From IMG/VR virus record IMGVR_UViG_2974791771_000001, positions 12,822 to 76,821 of that record: a DNA stretch of 64,000 nucleotides. The stretch is one strand, 5' to 3'. The DNA comes from a virus. Taxonomy: Duplodnaviria > Caudoviricetes. The notes under the pieces were generated by a model. That model was not told where the DNA came from. It did not search any database and saw nothing but the letters and a program-made list of their open reading frames with translations. Positions 30,246-39,798 of this stretch are shown here, piece by piece. The position numbers were made by a program, and so were the translations under genes. Every line of letters starts with the position of its first letter. The stretch's first letter is position 1.

Positions 30246-30497
30246 ATGCAGCATATCGACTATCCGGTTCTTGAGTCCGTCGATTCCCTGAACAAGGAAC
30301 TCGTTGGCACTGTCATTCGGTCGAGCACTCATGTGTTTGTGAAGGCTACGAAGCGTCAGTGGATTCAGCCTGGTTCGACTGTGTTGAGGGATACTGCGGA
30401 ACTGTTCATTTTGGATGATCGCGGCATGTTCGATGTGTTGTGGCGTCCTGAGAAGTCCAAGCGGGTCGATGACGACGATTATCTGACTCTGCTGTAG
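30246..30497 (+). CDS. Hypothetical protein
   Basis: ORF with host-like codons. Confidence 0.55.
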   Translation: MQHIDYPVLESVDSLNKELVGTVIRSSTHVFVKATKRQWIQPGSTVLRDTAELFILDDRGMFDVLWRPEKSKRVDDDDYLTLL

Positions 30498-30515
30498 CGA
30501 AGAGAGACTGATGCA

Positions 30516-30758
30516 ATGAGTCCACGGGATCCTCTCTGGGAGGTTCGGGACGAAATCGAGTATGTGCGCAGTCAGAACGGCTGGCTCAAATCTGTCTCCG
30601 TTCCTGTCGGCCTGGCGGAGATCCTGATTGCGGAACACGACCAGCTTTCGAATCTTCTGAATTACGACACTTCGTGTGTTCGTTGCGCGGAATGGCTTGA
30701 CGATCAGGTTGAGATGGACGAGCACGAATACGCAATGTTCGAATGGGGTTGGCAATGA
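30516..30758 (+). CDS. Hypothetical protein
   Basis: ORF coupled to the MTase gene. Confidence 0.55.
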   Translation: MSPRDPLWEVRDEIEYVRSQNGWLKSVSVPVGLAEILIAEHDQLSNLLNYDTSCVRCAEWLDDQVEMDEHEYAMFEWGWQ

Positions 30759-31264
30759 GTAACGGGTTTACGAATTCCCACAACCCGAGCAAGGGTGGCG
30801 GGCAGCGAGAAACACGGTGGCTGACTCCACGGGAGATCGTTGAACCCCTTGGAGAGTTCGACCTGGATCCTGCGGGCGCTCCTGGACATCAGCTAGCAGC
30901 TTTCACGTTCATGCCTGAGAACGGCTTGGATGGTTTGGAAGAGGATTGGTTGCGGTTCCGTGTGTGGCTGAATCCGCCGTATGGGAAAGAGCTTGTCCCG
31001 TTCATGCGGAAGATGGCCGAGCACAACTATGGCACCGCGTTGGTGTTTGCCAGGACTGAGACTGAGTGGTTCAGGAATTACGTGTGGGGTGCTGCTACGG
31101 CTTTGTTGTTTCTGTCGAATCGGTTGCATTTCCTTGAGCCGGATGGGACTCGTGCGAAACATAATGCCGGCGCTCCGTCCGTGCTGGTTGCGTATGGGGC
31201 TGAGGATGCGCAGATGCTTGCTGAGTCGGGTTTGGATGGTTTCTATGTGAGGATTCGGGAATGA
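30755..31264 (+). CDS. Phage DNA N6-adenine methyltransferase
   Basis: WLTP, FDLDPA, VWLNPPYG, LVFARTET. Confidence 0.9.
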   Translation: MSNGFTNSHNPSKGGGQRETRWLTPREIVEPLGEFDLDPAGAPGHQLAAFTFMPENGLDGLEEDWLRFRVWLNPPYGKELVPFMRKMAEHNYGTALVFARTETEWFRNYVWGAATALLFLSNRLHFLEPDGTRAKHNAGAPSVLVAYGAEDAQMLAESGLDGFYVRIRE

Positions 31265-31494
31265 CGAAACGAACTTTCAGAAGGCTGGCATACATGGTCG
31301 AAACGCTGGTGGGCATCGTGGCCTCATCGTGGTTTGCGGCAGTCCTCATCGAATATCCGTCTGCCGAGGAACCGCCCGCCCTGGTTCTGGTGACTTGGCT
31401 TGTTGCCGGGGTTGCTGCGGGGCTCGTCATTATCCACGGGGTGCTCTCTGGCCTCTCTGCCGCGAGTCGCCTGTACGACAGCCTTCCGGAGTGA
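31261..31494 (+). CDS. Two-TM membrane protein
   Basis: Two hydrophobic stretches. Confidence 0.6.
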   Translation: MTKRTFRRLAYMVETLVGIVASSWFAAVLIEYPSAEEPPALVLVTWLVAGVAAGLVIIHGVLSGLSAASRLYDSLPE

Positions 31495-31769
31495 CGATGA
31501 CGTGCACGACTATTCCTACGTCGTGGCTCACCCTGCACAACGTGCATGAGCCGAATGAGCATTGCGAGACGGCGTGTGTGATTCACAACCCTTCCGAGCA
31601 TCACATGCGGTTGTGGCGTCTGCATTGGCGTCAGGATCGTGGAATCTTCGAGCGGATTTGTCCGCAACATGGTGTTGGTCATCCTGATCCGGATCAGTTT
31701 CCGTATTGGATGGCGGTTGGTCAGGGTTCTCAGGCATTGCATGGTTGTTGTGGCTGCTGCGCGGGGTAA
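31491..31769 (+). CDS. Cys/His-rich putative metal-binding protein
   Basis: H..C...C.IHNPS.HH, ERIC..HGVGHPDPD, HGCCGCC. Confidence 0.65.
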   Translation: MTMTCTTIPTSWLTLHNVHEPNEHCETACVIHNPSEHHMRLWRLHWRQDRGIFERICPQHGVGHPDPDQFPYWMAVGQGSQALHGCCGCCAG

Positions 31770-32097
31770 CGAGAAGGAATGCCGCCGCATCGTCTACGAG
31801 CGCTCAGAAGGCGTCTGTGAGATTTGCTGCATGGCCCCGGCTCAGTCAGTCCACCATCGCCGGAAACGCAGCCACGGAGGACCCTGGACGGCAGCAAACT
31901 GCATCCACATCTGCGGGGACGGTACGCGGGGCTGTCACGGCTGGATAGAAGCCCATCCGAAAGAAGCTCACGACCGAGGCTATTGGGTGTGGTCGTGGGA
32001 AGACGAACGGGCGATGCCCATTTTCTTGTGGGGCGACTGGGTGTTGCTGCAAGAGGATGGTTCGAAGATCAAGACGACTGAACGGGAGTTTGAGTGA
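31741..32097 (+). CDS. HNH endonuclease
   Basis: CEIC, HHRRKRSHGG, NCIHIC...CHGWI. Confidence 0.88.
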   Translation: MVVVAAARGNEKECRRIVYERSEGVCEICCMAPAQSVHHRRKRSHGGPWTAANCIHICGDGTRGCHGWIEAHPKEAHDRGYWVWSWEDERAMPIFLWGDWVLLQEDGSKIKTTEREFE

Positions 32098-32303
32098 AGA
32101 AACTGGTGACGCTGGCCGTCGCGGGCATTGCCGGGGTGGCAATACTCACCGGCTGCGGTGGAGGGAACTTCGGCCACGCCAGTCCTGAGGATTACGACGT
32201 GTACGAAGTCGAGCCGCGCGACAACCGCGAACTGACCTGCCTGGTGTTCAACCCGGACACCGACACCGAGTCATTCTCCTGCGACTGGGCGAATGCGAAA
32301 TGA
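32094..32303 (+). CDS. Lipoprotein
   Basis: Signal peptide with lipobox ILTGC. Confidence 0.7.
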   Translation: MKKLVTLAVAGIAGVAILTGCGGGNFGHASPEDYDVYEVEPRDNRELTCLVFNPDTDTESFSCDWANAK

Positions 32304-32313
32304 GGGAGACTGA

Positions 32314-33612
32314 TTGGTTGACGTACTCAAACAAGCACTAGAAACAACCGTCCGATCCACCGACGAACGAATCCTGATCGCAGGACTCACCAACCTAGGT
32401 ATGCGGGACACCATGCCCCAATACCTCGACAAGCTCGACGGTGAGGATTTCCACTTCAAGGACCACGGGTCCATCTGGCAGGCCGCACAGAAACTCGCCG
32501 CCGACTCGCGCACCATCTCTCCCGAGAATCTGAAGATGAAGCTGCGTACACAGACGCAGAAGAACATCGTTGATGATCTCGCTGGGCAGTCTGTCCGGGA
32601 GATTGAGATTCAGCGTGGTATCGAGATTGTGCGGGCAGCGTCGAAGCGTCGCAATCTGATTCGGACTTTGCGGGAGGTCGCAGAGTTCATCACCGAGACG
32701 GAAGAGTTCGCGCCGGCCTTGGACTTTGCGCATTCGAAGTTGCGGAACCTGGATGCCGCCGAGGTTGAGGACAGCAGCTCCGATCTCGTGGATTCGCTCG
32801 ACAACTTCTGGAACGAGGTCGACGCGGAACCCGAAGAGCGTGAGGATGTGTGGCCCACCCAGTATGCCAGCCTGAATAAGAAGCTGAACGGCGGTATCCG
32901 TCGTGGCCGAATGTATCTGGTGGGTGGCCGACCCGGCGAAGGTAAGTCGCTGCTGCTGACGAACATCGCTGGCGAGTTCGCAAAGCCCGCACTGAATCTG
33001 AAGCAACTGGTCTTCTCGGCCGAGATGTCTCGGCGCGAGGTGATGAACAGGCTGATGGCGGCGGGCGCGTACGCGGACTACGGGGCACTGGAACGTGGCG
33101 AGGTATCCGAAGAGGATCGTGCAGCGTTGCAGAAGTACTCCGACGAGATTCGGAATGCTTCGCTGGCCGTGGTGGACAAGCCTTCGATCTCGGTGCGTGA
33201 TATTCGGGCGCAGGCCACGGCAATGAAACGCCAGGGCGGGCTTGATGTGATCTATGTGGACTATCTACAGATCATCAACCCGGATGATCGGAGTCTCCGC
33301 AAGGATATTCAGATCGGTGACATGTCGGAGTCGCTAAAGAAGTTGGCTCGCGAGTTGGATGTTGCGATCTTCGTGGCTGTGCAGCTCAATCGTTCTCAGT
33401 ACGACAAGGGCGATAAGCGGATGCCAACTCTGACGGACATTCGGGATTCGGACAAACCGGCGCAGGACGCCGATGTGGTGTTCCTGATCCATCACCCCAA
33501 GGGGCATCACACAGTTGGTGGTGATGTCCAGCTCTGTATGCCTAAGAACCGTACGGGCGGGGTGGCAATTGAAACGCGTGCTTGGCGAGCTGACCAAGCG
33601 CGCATCGCTTAA
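32314..33612 (+). CDS. dnaB: DnaB-like replicative helicase
   Basis: GGRPGEGKS, FSAEM, VDYLQ, QLNR, DIRDS...QDAD, KNRTG. Confidence 0.95.
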   Translation: MVDVLKQALETTVRSTDERILIAGLTNLGMRDTMPQYLDKLDGEDFHFKDHGSIWQAAQKLAADSRTISPENLKMKLRTQTQKNIVDDLAGQSVREIEIQRGIEIVRAASKRRNLIRTLREVAEFITETEEFAPALDFAHSKLRNLDAAEVEDSSSDLVDSLDNFWNEVDAEPEEREDVWPTQYASLNKKLNGGIRRGRMYLVGGRPGEGKSLLLTNIAGEFAKPALNLKQLVFSAEMSRREVMNRLMAAGAYADYGALERGEVSEEDRAALQKYSDEIRNASLAVVDKPSISVRDIRAQATAMKRQGGLDVIYVDYLQIINPDDRSLRKDIQIGDMSESLKKLARELDVAIFVAVQLNRSQYDKGDKRMPTLTDIRDSDKPAQDADVVFLIHHPKGHHTVGGDVQLCMPKNRTGGVAIETRAWRADQARIA

Positions 33613-33632
33613 CAGAAAGAGACACAACACAT

Positions 33633-33983
33633 ATGGCAATGCCTACCATCACCGGCCAGGGAATGATCTTCGCGGGCAAGGACGACGAGTTCGCGTTCGG
33701 TTACGGCCAGTCCGGGAAGGCGTGGCTGAAGGCCACCATCGGCGTTTCGGCGAAGCGCAAGAACGACTACGGCGAGTACGAGACCGTCAAGCAGGCCAAC
33801 ATCGACGTGTCGGCGTTCGGTTCCCTCGCGGAGCAGATTCAGGAGTCAATCAGGCACAAGGACATCGTGAACTTCACGGCCCGCCTCGACGGCACCGACA
33901 CCTTCGAGAAGAAGGACGGCACCACCAACGTCAAGCTGACGGCCACCCTCGATTCCATCGGCAAGGTTGACCCGCGCGACTGA
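33633..33983 (+). CDS. ssb: Single-stranded DNA-binding protein
   Basis: OB-fold pattern of actinophage SSBs; follows the helicase. Confidence 0.75.
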   Translation: MAMPTITGQGMIFAGKDDEFAFGYGQSGKAWLKATIGVSAKRKNDYGEYETVKQANIDVSAFGSLAEQIQESIRHKDIVNFTARLDGTDTFEKKDGTTNVKLTATLDSIGKVDPRD

Positions 33984-34038
33984 TGAATTCTGTTGGGGAG
34001 GGGCCTGATCGGTCCCTCCCCTTCACGTGGAGGGATGT

Positions 34039-34290
34039 ATGGCTACAGCAACTATTGATGATGTTCAGGTGGACGTGAGTTTGCCTGAGGTGGACTTCGC
34101 CCCTCCGTGTGAGGTGCAGGAGTCGGCGCATGGGATTGAACCGTGGGAAGACTGCGAAGAGGTCGCCACCCACGAGATCGTGTTCACAACGAGCAGAGAC
34201 ACGGTGCTTCGCAAGTTCGCCTGCGGTAACTGCCTGCTCGAAATCTGGTCGCTGGGGCGGATGCTTTCGGCCACCAAGTTGGGAGGCTGA
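34039..34290 (+). CDS. Hypothetical protein (possible Zn-binding)
   Basis: C...C and CGNC motifs. Confidence 0.55.
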   Translation: MATATIDDVQVDVSLPEVDFAPPCEVQESAHGIEPWEDCEEVATHEIVFTTSRDTVLRKFACGNCLLEIWSLGRMLSATKLGG

Positions 34291-34818
34291 ATGTCAGACC
34301 TGTTGAAAGAGGCGGATCACATCGTGTCCGGTGACCGTGCAGGCGATTACGGGGAGAACAGTCTCCCGGCGATTGCCCGGTTGTGGTCGGAGCATGTGGG
34401 TTCGGAGATCACGGCGCGGGATGTGGCGTGGATGATGGTTCTGCTGAAGTCGGTTCGTGACCGGCATAAAGAGAAGCGGGACAACCTGGTTGATGCGATC
34501 GGGTATATCCAGTTGGCTGAGGTGAACACGACTCCTGAGCCGGTGAAGGTTCAGGGTGAGATGATTATCCCTGCCGCTGAGGCCCTGTCGCCGAACGGGC
34601 AGAATCTTCTCAAGGCGATCAACGAGGCGGAACCGGCCTCGCGCGATGGGTTCAAGGTTGGCGACCGCGTGAAGGTCGTTGCGGGGTTCAAGTCCAAGAT
34701 TGGGCGCACGGGCGAAGTCCTGGACATCGACGGCGCTTTCATCGAAGTATCGGATGCAAACGACTCCGATGGGAGCTTCCCGTACACTGCCCGCGAGCTG
34801 GCGCACGTAACCGAGTGA
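34291..34818 (+). CDS. DUF6378-like protein with C-terminal KOW-like domain
   Basis: DRAGDYG, IARLWS, MMVLLK..R, DNLVDAIGY; FKVGDRVKV. Confidence 0.7.
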   Translation: MSDLLKEADHIVSGDRAGDYGENSLPAIARLWSEHVGSEITARDVAWMMVLLKSVRDRHKEKRDNLVDAIGYIQLAEVNTTPEPVKVQGEMIIPAAEALSPNGQNLLKAINEAEPASRDGFKVGDRVKVVAGFKSKIGRTGEVLDIDGAFIEVSDANDSDGSFPYTARELAHVTE

Positions 34819-35678
34819 AGGTCGGCTCAATCTGCTCAGGAATCGGAGGGCTCGACCTCGCAGTAGAAACCTTCTTCGGGGCCGAACTCGCCTGGTACGC
34901 AGAGAATGCCGAAGCGCCAGCCAGAGTCATGGCCGAGCATTGGCCGGGGATCCCGAACCTGGGAGACATCACCACCAAACGCTGGTGGGATGTGCCGCAT
35001 GTCGACATCCTGTGCGGCGGCTACCCGTGCCAGCCGTTCTCCCAAGCCGGAAAGAAGAAGGGCGTCAATGACGAACGACACCTGTGGCCGCACATCCGGC
35101 AAGCAATTCGCTGGATTCGACCGACGTTCACGATCCTGGAAAACGTATCCGGGCACCGGAAAACAGGATTCGACACGGTTCTCGGGGACCTGGCCGAGGA
35201 TGGGATGTACGCGAGATGGGTTAGCGTACGAGCTTCAGACATCGGCGCTCCACACGGACGAGACCGTGTATTTCTCGTCGCCGCAACCGAAGGTGCATGG
35301 GCGGCCCAAGCTGTTCCCGACACCAAGGTCAGCGGACGCTATAGCTGGCCCGGACTTCTCCCGCGCCAACAGGCCGAACAGCGGAGGCGACGATCTGGTT
35401 ACGGTGATAGCTCGACTGTCGATTGGGGAGTTTACGAACCCGCAATAAGACATTGGGAGTCGTGGCATGGTCCCGCCCCAATGCCAGGCGAACCCGGCAA
35501 GGGCAACCGTCCGCGCCTCATCCCGCAGTTCGAAGAGTGGATGATGGGCTTCCCTCCCGGCTGGGTGACCGGCATGAACATTGGGCGTCCTGATGCGTTG
35601 CGCGCGTTCGGGAATGCTGTGTGCCCTCCGCAGGCTGTGCACGCCTTGCATCTGCTGTTCAGTGAGGGGTGGCCGTGA
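34815..35678 (+). CDS. DNA cytosine-5 methyltransferase
   Basis: SICSGIGG, GYPCQPFS, ENV, RDRVF, MGFP, FGNAV. Confidence 0.92.
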   Translation: MKVGSICSGIGGLDLAVETFFGAELAWYAENAEAPARVMAEHWPGIPNLGDITTKRWWDVPHVDILCGGYPCQPFSQAGKKKGVNDERHLWPHIRQAIRWIRPTFTILENVSGHRKTGFDTVLGDLAEDGMYARWVSVRASDIGAPHGRDRVFLVAATEGAWAAQAVPDTKVSGRYSWPGLLPRQQAEQRRRRSGYGDSSTVDWGVYEPAIRHWESWHGPAPMPGEPGKGNRPRLIPQFEEWMMGFPPGWVTGMNIGRPDALRAFGNAVCPPQAVHALHLLFSEGWP

Positions 35679-36175
35679 GCGAAGTGTTCGTGGCCGGTGA
35701 ACCGGCACCGCAGGGCAGCAAGCAAGCCTACGTGCGGGGTGGTCGAGCAGTCCTTGTCGAAGCGTCAAAGAAGCTGATGCCGTGGCGGAAACATGTTGCG
35801 ACGGTGTTCGGCGAGTTCTGGGATCGAGGCCCGATTGAGGGTGGCGTGCGAGCAGACATTGAGTTTGTGATGCCGCGCCCGAAGTCGTTGCCGAAGACGA
35901 AGCCCACTCCCCCTGCCATCAAGAGACCGGATGTTGACAAGCTGGTCCGCGCGATCTTCGACGCCATCACTGGCCGTGCGTTTCTTGATGATTCGCAGGT
36001 GGTGGATATGCGGGTGTTGAAGCGTGTTGCGGAGCTGGATGAACCGTCTGGTGTCTTCATAGAAGTGAAGGAAACTGGTGCAGTACCGCGACGGGCACGA
36101 CCCGTATCAAGCTCCGGACGGGATGCCTCTGCGCTTGTCGCATTGGAATCTGGTTCAGCTCTGGGAGTCTCGTAG
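35675..36175 (+). CDS. rusA: RusA-like Holliday junction resolvase
   Basis: PAPQGSK, PDVDKL.RAIFDA, DDSQVV. Confidence 0.88.
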   Translation: MSEVFVAGEPAPQGSKQAYVRGGRAVLVEASKKLMPWRKHVATVFGEFWDRGPIEGGVRADIEFVMPRPKSLPKTKPTPPAIKRPDVDKLVRAIFDAITGRAFLDDSQVVDMRVLKRVAELDEPSGVFIEVKETGAVPRRARPVSSSGRDASALVALESGSALGVS

Positions 36176-36773
36176 GAAACACCGCGAGAAGATCACCGAC
36201 TGGATGACGCACAAGCCAGCGGTTGACGAGATCGAACTACCCGAAGATGTCACCGAGAAACTGACCAGGCTCGCCGCACAGAACTCCCGCCGGCCTGACG
36301 CCGTGGAGCTGATCCGGCAAGTCCCGTATGTCATTGCGTGGCTGAGGGAATCGATGGTGACGGGTTCGCATCCGGGCGGCGAAGAGGACATCAAGTCCAC
36401 GTCGGGGCCTTCTTCTCGACCGCCGTTCCGGGTGGCGTTCATGTCTGCTGCTGACCGTGAGGCTGCTGCTCTCGTGCACTGGTGTTACGAGTGCGGGGTT
36501 GAGGTCCGCAATCCCTTGTACATGGTTGCCGGGTCGATTCGTGGTGTGTCGCCACGTGATCCAGCTTCCCCGGTGATGGTGATGGCCGAAGAGTTGGCCG
36601 ACGCTATCGCGAGGTGGGGTGCCCCTGAGGGTATCTACACCGATCCTGAGTTCGGCTTGTGGGCGATTAGGTCTGCCCACTATGGCATTTGGCCTGAGCT
36701 GGGCTCTCTGTTCACGAAGGAACCGGACGTTCCGGATCCTGATGTTGAGGTTGAACCGGAAGGCTTGTTCTGA
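36078..36773 (+). CDS. Hypothetical protein
   Basis: Long ORF overlapping the rusA 3' end; start uncertain. Confidence 0.65.
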   Translation: MQYRDGHDPYQAPDGMPLRLSHWNLVQLWESRRKHREKITDWMTHKPAVDEIELPEDVTEKLTRLAAQNSRRPDAVELIRQVPYVIAWLRESMVTGSHPGGEEDIKSTSGPSSRPPFRVAFMSAADREAAALVHWCYECGVEVRNPLYMVAGSIRGVSPRDPASPVMVMAEELADAIARWGAPEGIYTDPEFGLWAIRSAHYGIWPELGSLFTKEPDVPDPDVEVEPEGLF

Positions 36774-37210
36774 TGAAGAAAACTGTTGCGGCGGTGTTGA
36801 TTGCTGCGGTGGCCGGGTTGGGCTTGACGGCCTGCCACAGTGACGATGATTACGAGGATGTGAGCGCGGTCTGCGTCGATCCCGCCACGAACGTCCGTCT
36901 CGATGATGACGAGTGTGACGACGATGATGGCCCTTCGGTGTGGTGGTACTACGGTGCCGGTGCTGCTGTTCCGGCTGTCGGGTATGCGGTGGCGAAGAAC
37001 TCGGGGTCGTTCAAAAAACCTGCTCGTGCTCACATCCGGAAGGTGCCGCGCGTGGGTCAGGCGAAGCCTTCGGTGGTGAAGCCGCGTACGGCGTCGGCTC
37101 CGAAGCCCACGCAGAACAACAAGTCGTGGTTCGGTTCCAAGTCTTCGGGTTCGGGTTCGAAGTCGTCTTCTTCGGGTTCTCGGTCGGGAGGGTTCTCGCG
37201 TGGCCGCTGA
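36773..37210 (+). CDS. Lipoprotein with Ser/Gly/Lys-rich disordered tail
   Basis: Lipobox GLTAC; SSGSGSKSSSSGSRSGG tail. Confidence 0.7.
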   Translation: MKKTVAAVLIAAVAGLGLTACHSDDDYEDVSAVCVDPATNVRLDDDECDDDDGPSVWWYYGAGAAVPAVGYAVAKNSGSFKKPARAHIRKVPRVGQAKPSVVKPRTASAPKPTQNNKSWFGSKSSGSGSKSSSSGSRSGGFSRGR

Positions 37211-38120
37211 GCTAGTTGCCATGCGGGGCCTCCCCGCGTCAGGGAAGACCACCCGTGCACGGCAGATCGCGAAAGAGACCGGCGCTGTTGTTGTGGGCCG
37301 GGACTTCGAACGCTTCCAGATGTTCGGCGAGTGGTGGACGGGCAAGCCTGAGCATGAGGATGCTGTCACGGTCGCCCTGAATGCCAAGGTGCGAGCCTTG
37401 CTGAAGGCGAATCAATCTGTGGTGGTTGACAACACGCACATTCAGGTCAGGTACCTGAAGGATTGGGCGAAGGTCGCTTCGGAGTGCGGGGCCACGTTCC
37501 GGATCGAAGATGTGAAGACTCCGCAGGATGTGTGCGAGGAACGCGACTTCTGGCGGGAGGGCGCGGGTGAACGGTTCGTCGGCCCTGAGGTGATTGCCCG
37601 GATGGCGAAGCAGATCAACTGGGGAATACCGAAGCCGGTAGCGCCCATCGTCGTTGAGCCCGTTGACCACAAGGTTGCCGAAGAGCTGATGCTTCCCGGC
37701 GCGATCATCGTGGACATCGACGGCACGCTCGCGCACATGACTGGCCGTAGCCCGTACGACTACAGCCGCGTCGGCGAAGATCGGGTTGACCCCACCATCG
37801 CCAGAATGGTCCGGGAGTACGAACAACTCGGCTACGACATCATCGCGTGCTCGGGCCGGGACGACGAGTGCCGCACCATGACTGTCGCATGGCTGCTCGC
37901 CAACGACATCCCGTTCCACAAGCTGCTCATGCGGCCCACCGACGCCAAGGATGCCAACGGCAACAAACTGCCCGACTGGATCGTCAAGTACAACCTGTTC
38001 AACGAGAATGTGCGCGGCAAGTACGACGTGGAATTCGTTCTCGATGACCGCAACCAGGTTGTGGACATGTGGCGCAAGCTCGGCCTGAAGTGCTTGCAGG
38101 TTGCTCCCGGCGACTTCTGA
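37200..38120 (+). CDS. Polynucleotide 5'-kinase/3'-phosphatase (T4 PseT-like)
   Basis: GLPASGKT P-loop, VDNTH, HAD motifs DIDGT, SGR, DDR. Confidence 0.93.
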   Translation: MAAELVAMRGLPASGKTTRARQIAKETGAVVVGRDFERFQMFGEWWTGKPEHEDAVTVALNAKVRALLKANQSVVVDNTHIQVRYLKDWAKVASECGATFRIEDVKTPQDVCEERDFWREGAGERFVGPEVIARMAKQINWGIPKPVAPIVVEPVDHKVAEELMLPGAIIVDIDGTLAHMTGRSPYDYSRVGEDRVDPTIARMVREYEQLGYDIIACSGRDDECRTMTVAWLLANDIPFHKLLMRPTDAKDANGNKLPDWIVKYNLFNENVRGKYDVEFVLDDRNQVVDMWRKLGLKCLQVAPGDF

Positions 38121-38290
38121 TGTACGTCCCACCTGATCGTCCAGCACTCGAATGCCAAGCGTGCGGAACGGTATTGCAAGCCCTCACAGATGAGCAGGCC
38201 GCTGATGTCGCGCTCAATCCGTACAACTACATCGCCTTCTGTGCTCCGTGTAAGCGCAAGGGCTATCACATAGAACCAGGATTTCAATGA
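38120..38290 (+). CDS. Small Zn-finger protein
   Basis: CQAC and CAPC. Confidence 0.55.
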   Translation: MYVPPDRPALECQACGTVLQALTDEQAADVALNPYNYIAFCAPCKRKGYHIEPGFQ

Positions 38291-39606
38291 CCAACAGTCT
38301 CTCTGTTGTCGGCAGCAGCAACTACGCCGCACAGATCGTCCGCGTCCCCGCCACCTACCCGCTCGAAGGTCTCGACAACCTCGTGGGCATCAAGGTTTTC
38401 AACAGCCAAATCCTCACGCAGAAGAACGAAGTCGAAGCGGGAGACCTCCGCATCTACTTCCCCGCAGAGGTTCGACTCTCCGACAAGTACCTGTCGGTCA
38501 ACAACCTGTTCCGGGATCCGTTGCTCAACCGGGACAGCAAGGCCGCACCCGGCTACTTCGAAACCAACGGTCGAGTCAAGGCGATCAAGCTGCGCGGGCA
38601 CCGTTCCGACGGCCTGCTGATGCCGCTCGATTCCCTGCTCGCATTCGGCGTTCGCAGTGAGGATTTGGTTGAGGGTGCCGTGTTCGACACGGTGAACGGG
38701 ATTGAGATTTCCCGCAAGTATGAGGTGAAGACCTCGACGCCGGCCGACCCTTCCGCGAAGAAGGTGAAGAAGGCGTTCAAGCGGGTCACCACGAAGGTGT
38801 TCCCTGAGCACATCGACACCGATAACTTCTTCCGCAACCAGCATTTGCTTGACCCGTCGCGCGAGGTCATCATCACCCAGAAGCTTCACGGCACGAGCAT
38901 TCGTGTGGGTCGAGTCCCGGTGCTGCGGGAGATCGGTCTGGTGGAGCGCATCTTCAACAAGGTGGGTGGCCTGTTCGGCATCTCCACGCCGACTCACGCC
39001 TACGAGGTGGTGTGCGGTTCGCGGAAGGTCATCAAGGATGTGACGAACCCTCGTAGCCAGCACTACTACGGCACGGACATCTGGTCGCAGTACGGCATTC
39101 AGATCGGTGACCTGATCCCTGAGGGCTTCATTGTGTACGGCGAGCTGGTCGGTTGGACGCCGGACGGCAAGCCGATCCAGAAGAACTACACCTACGATCT
39201 GCCGGTTGGTAAGCGCGAGCTGTACGTGTACCGGGTGGCTCGTGTGGATGTGAATGGCACGATGACTGATCTGTCGTGGGATGCGGTGCGCGAGTTCTGC
39301 GTTGAGCGCGGCCTGAAGCATGTGCCTGAGCTGTACCGGATCATCGAAGAGGATGAACTGTTCGGCGACAAGCTCGAAGACCACGTGACGGCCCTGATGG
39401 ACATTGCGTTCACCGACTACGCGGAAGACAACGTGCATCGGGATCCGCTGGTGCCGCTGTCCGATCCGAACACGGTCGATGAGGGTGTCTGCATCCGCCA
39501 GGAACGTTCCGTTCCGACGATCCTCAAGGCGAAGTCGCCTGCGTTCCTTGAGCACGAAACCAAGCAGCTCGACACGGGCGAGGCCGACCTCGAAAGCGCA
39601 GCCTGA
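38287..39606 (+). CDS. ATP-dependent RNA ligase (Rnl2/DRB0094-like) with N-terminal OB-like domain
   Basis: Motif I TQKLHGT, III VYGEL, IV EGVCIR, V LKAKS. Confidence 0.88.
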   Translation: MTNSLSVVGSSNYAAQIVRVPATYPLEGLDNLVGIKVFNSQILTQKNEVEAGDLRIYFPAEVRLSDKYLSVNNLFRDPLLNRDSKAAPGYFETNGRVKAIKLRGHRSDGLLMPLDSLLAFGVRSEDLVEGAVFDTVNGIEISRKYEVKTSTPADPSAKKVKKAFKRVTTKVFPEHIDTDNFFRNQHLLDPSREVIITQKLHGTSIRVGRVPVLREIGLVERIFNKVGGLFGISTPTHAYEVVCGSRKVIKDVTNPRSQHYYGTDIWSQYGIQIGDLIPEGFIVYGELVGWTPDGKPIQKNYTYDLPVGKRELYVYRVARVDVNGTMTDLSWDAVREFCVERGLKHVPELYRIIEEDELFGDKLEDHVTALMDIAFTDYAEDNVHRDPLVPLSDPNTVDEGVCIRQERSVPTILKAKSPAFLEHETKQLDTGEADLESAA

Positions 39607-39798
39607 ATGCAGAACGGACAATCCCAGTGTTACGTCGCTTTCCCTAGCGAGCACTTCGATGTGGAGTCCTTGCGCTTCGCGTATGACCAGCTCATTGGCA
39701 TGGGCGTCCCCAGAACCCGGAAGCTCACCATCGAATCTGTACCCAAGGTGGGCGATGAGATGTGTGACGGAATCGCATTTGTGGAGGTAGTTCCATGA
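39607..39798 (+). CDS. Hypothetical protein
   Basis: Operon coupling. Confidence 0.45.
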   Translation: MQNGQSQCYVAFPSEHFDVESLRFAYDQLIGMGVPRTRKLTIESVPKVGDEMCDGIAFVEVVP

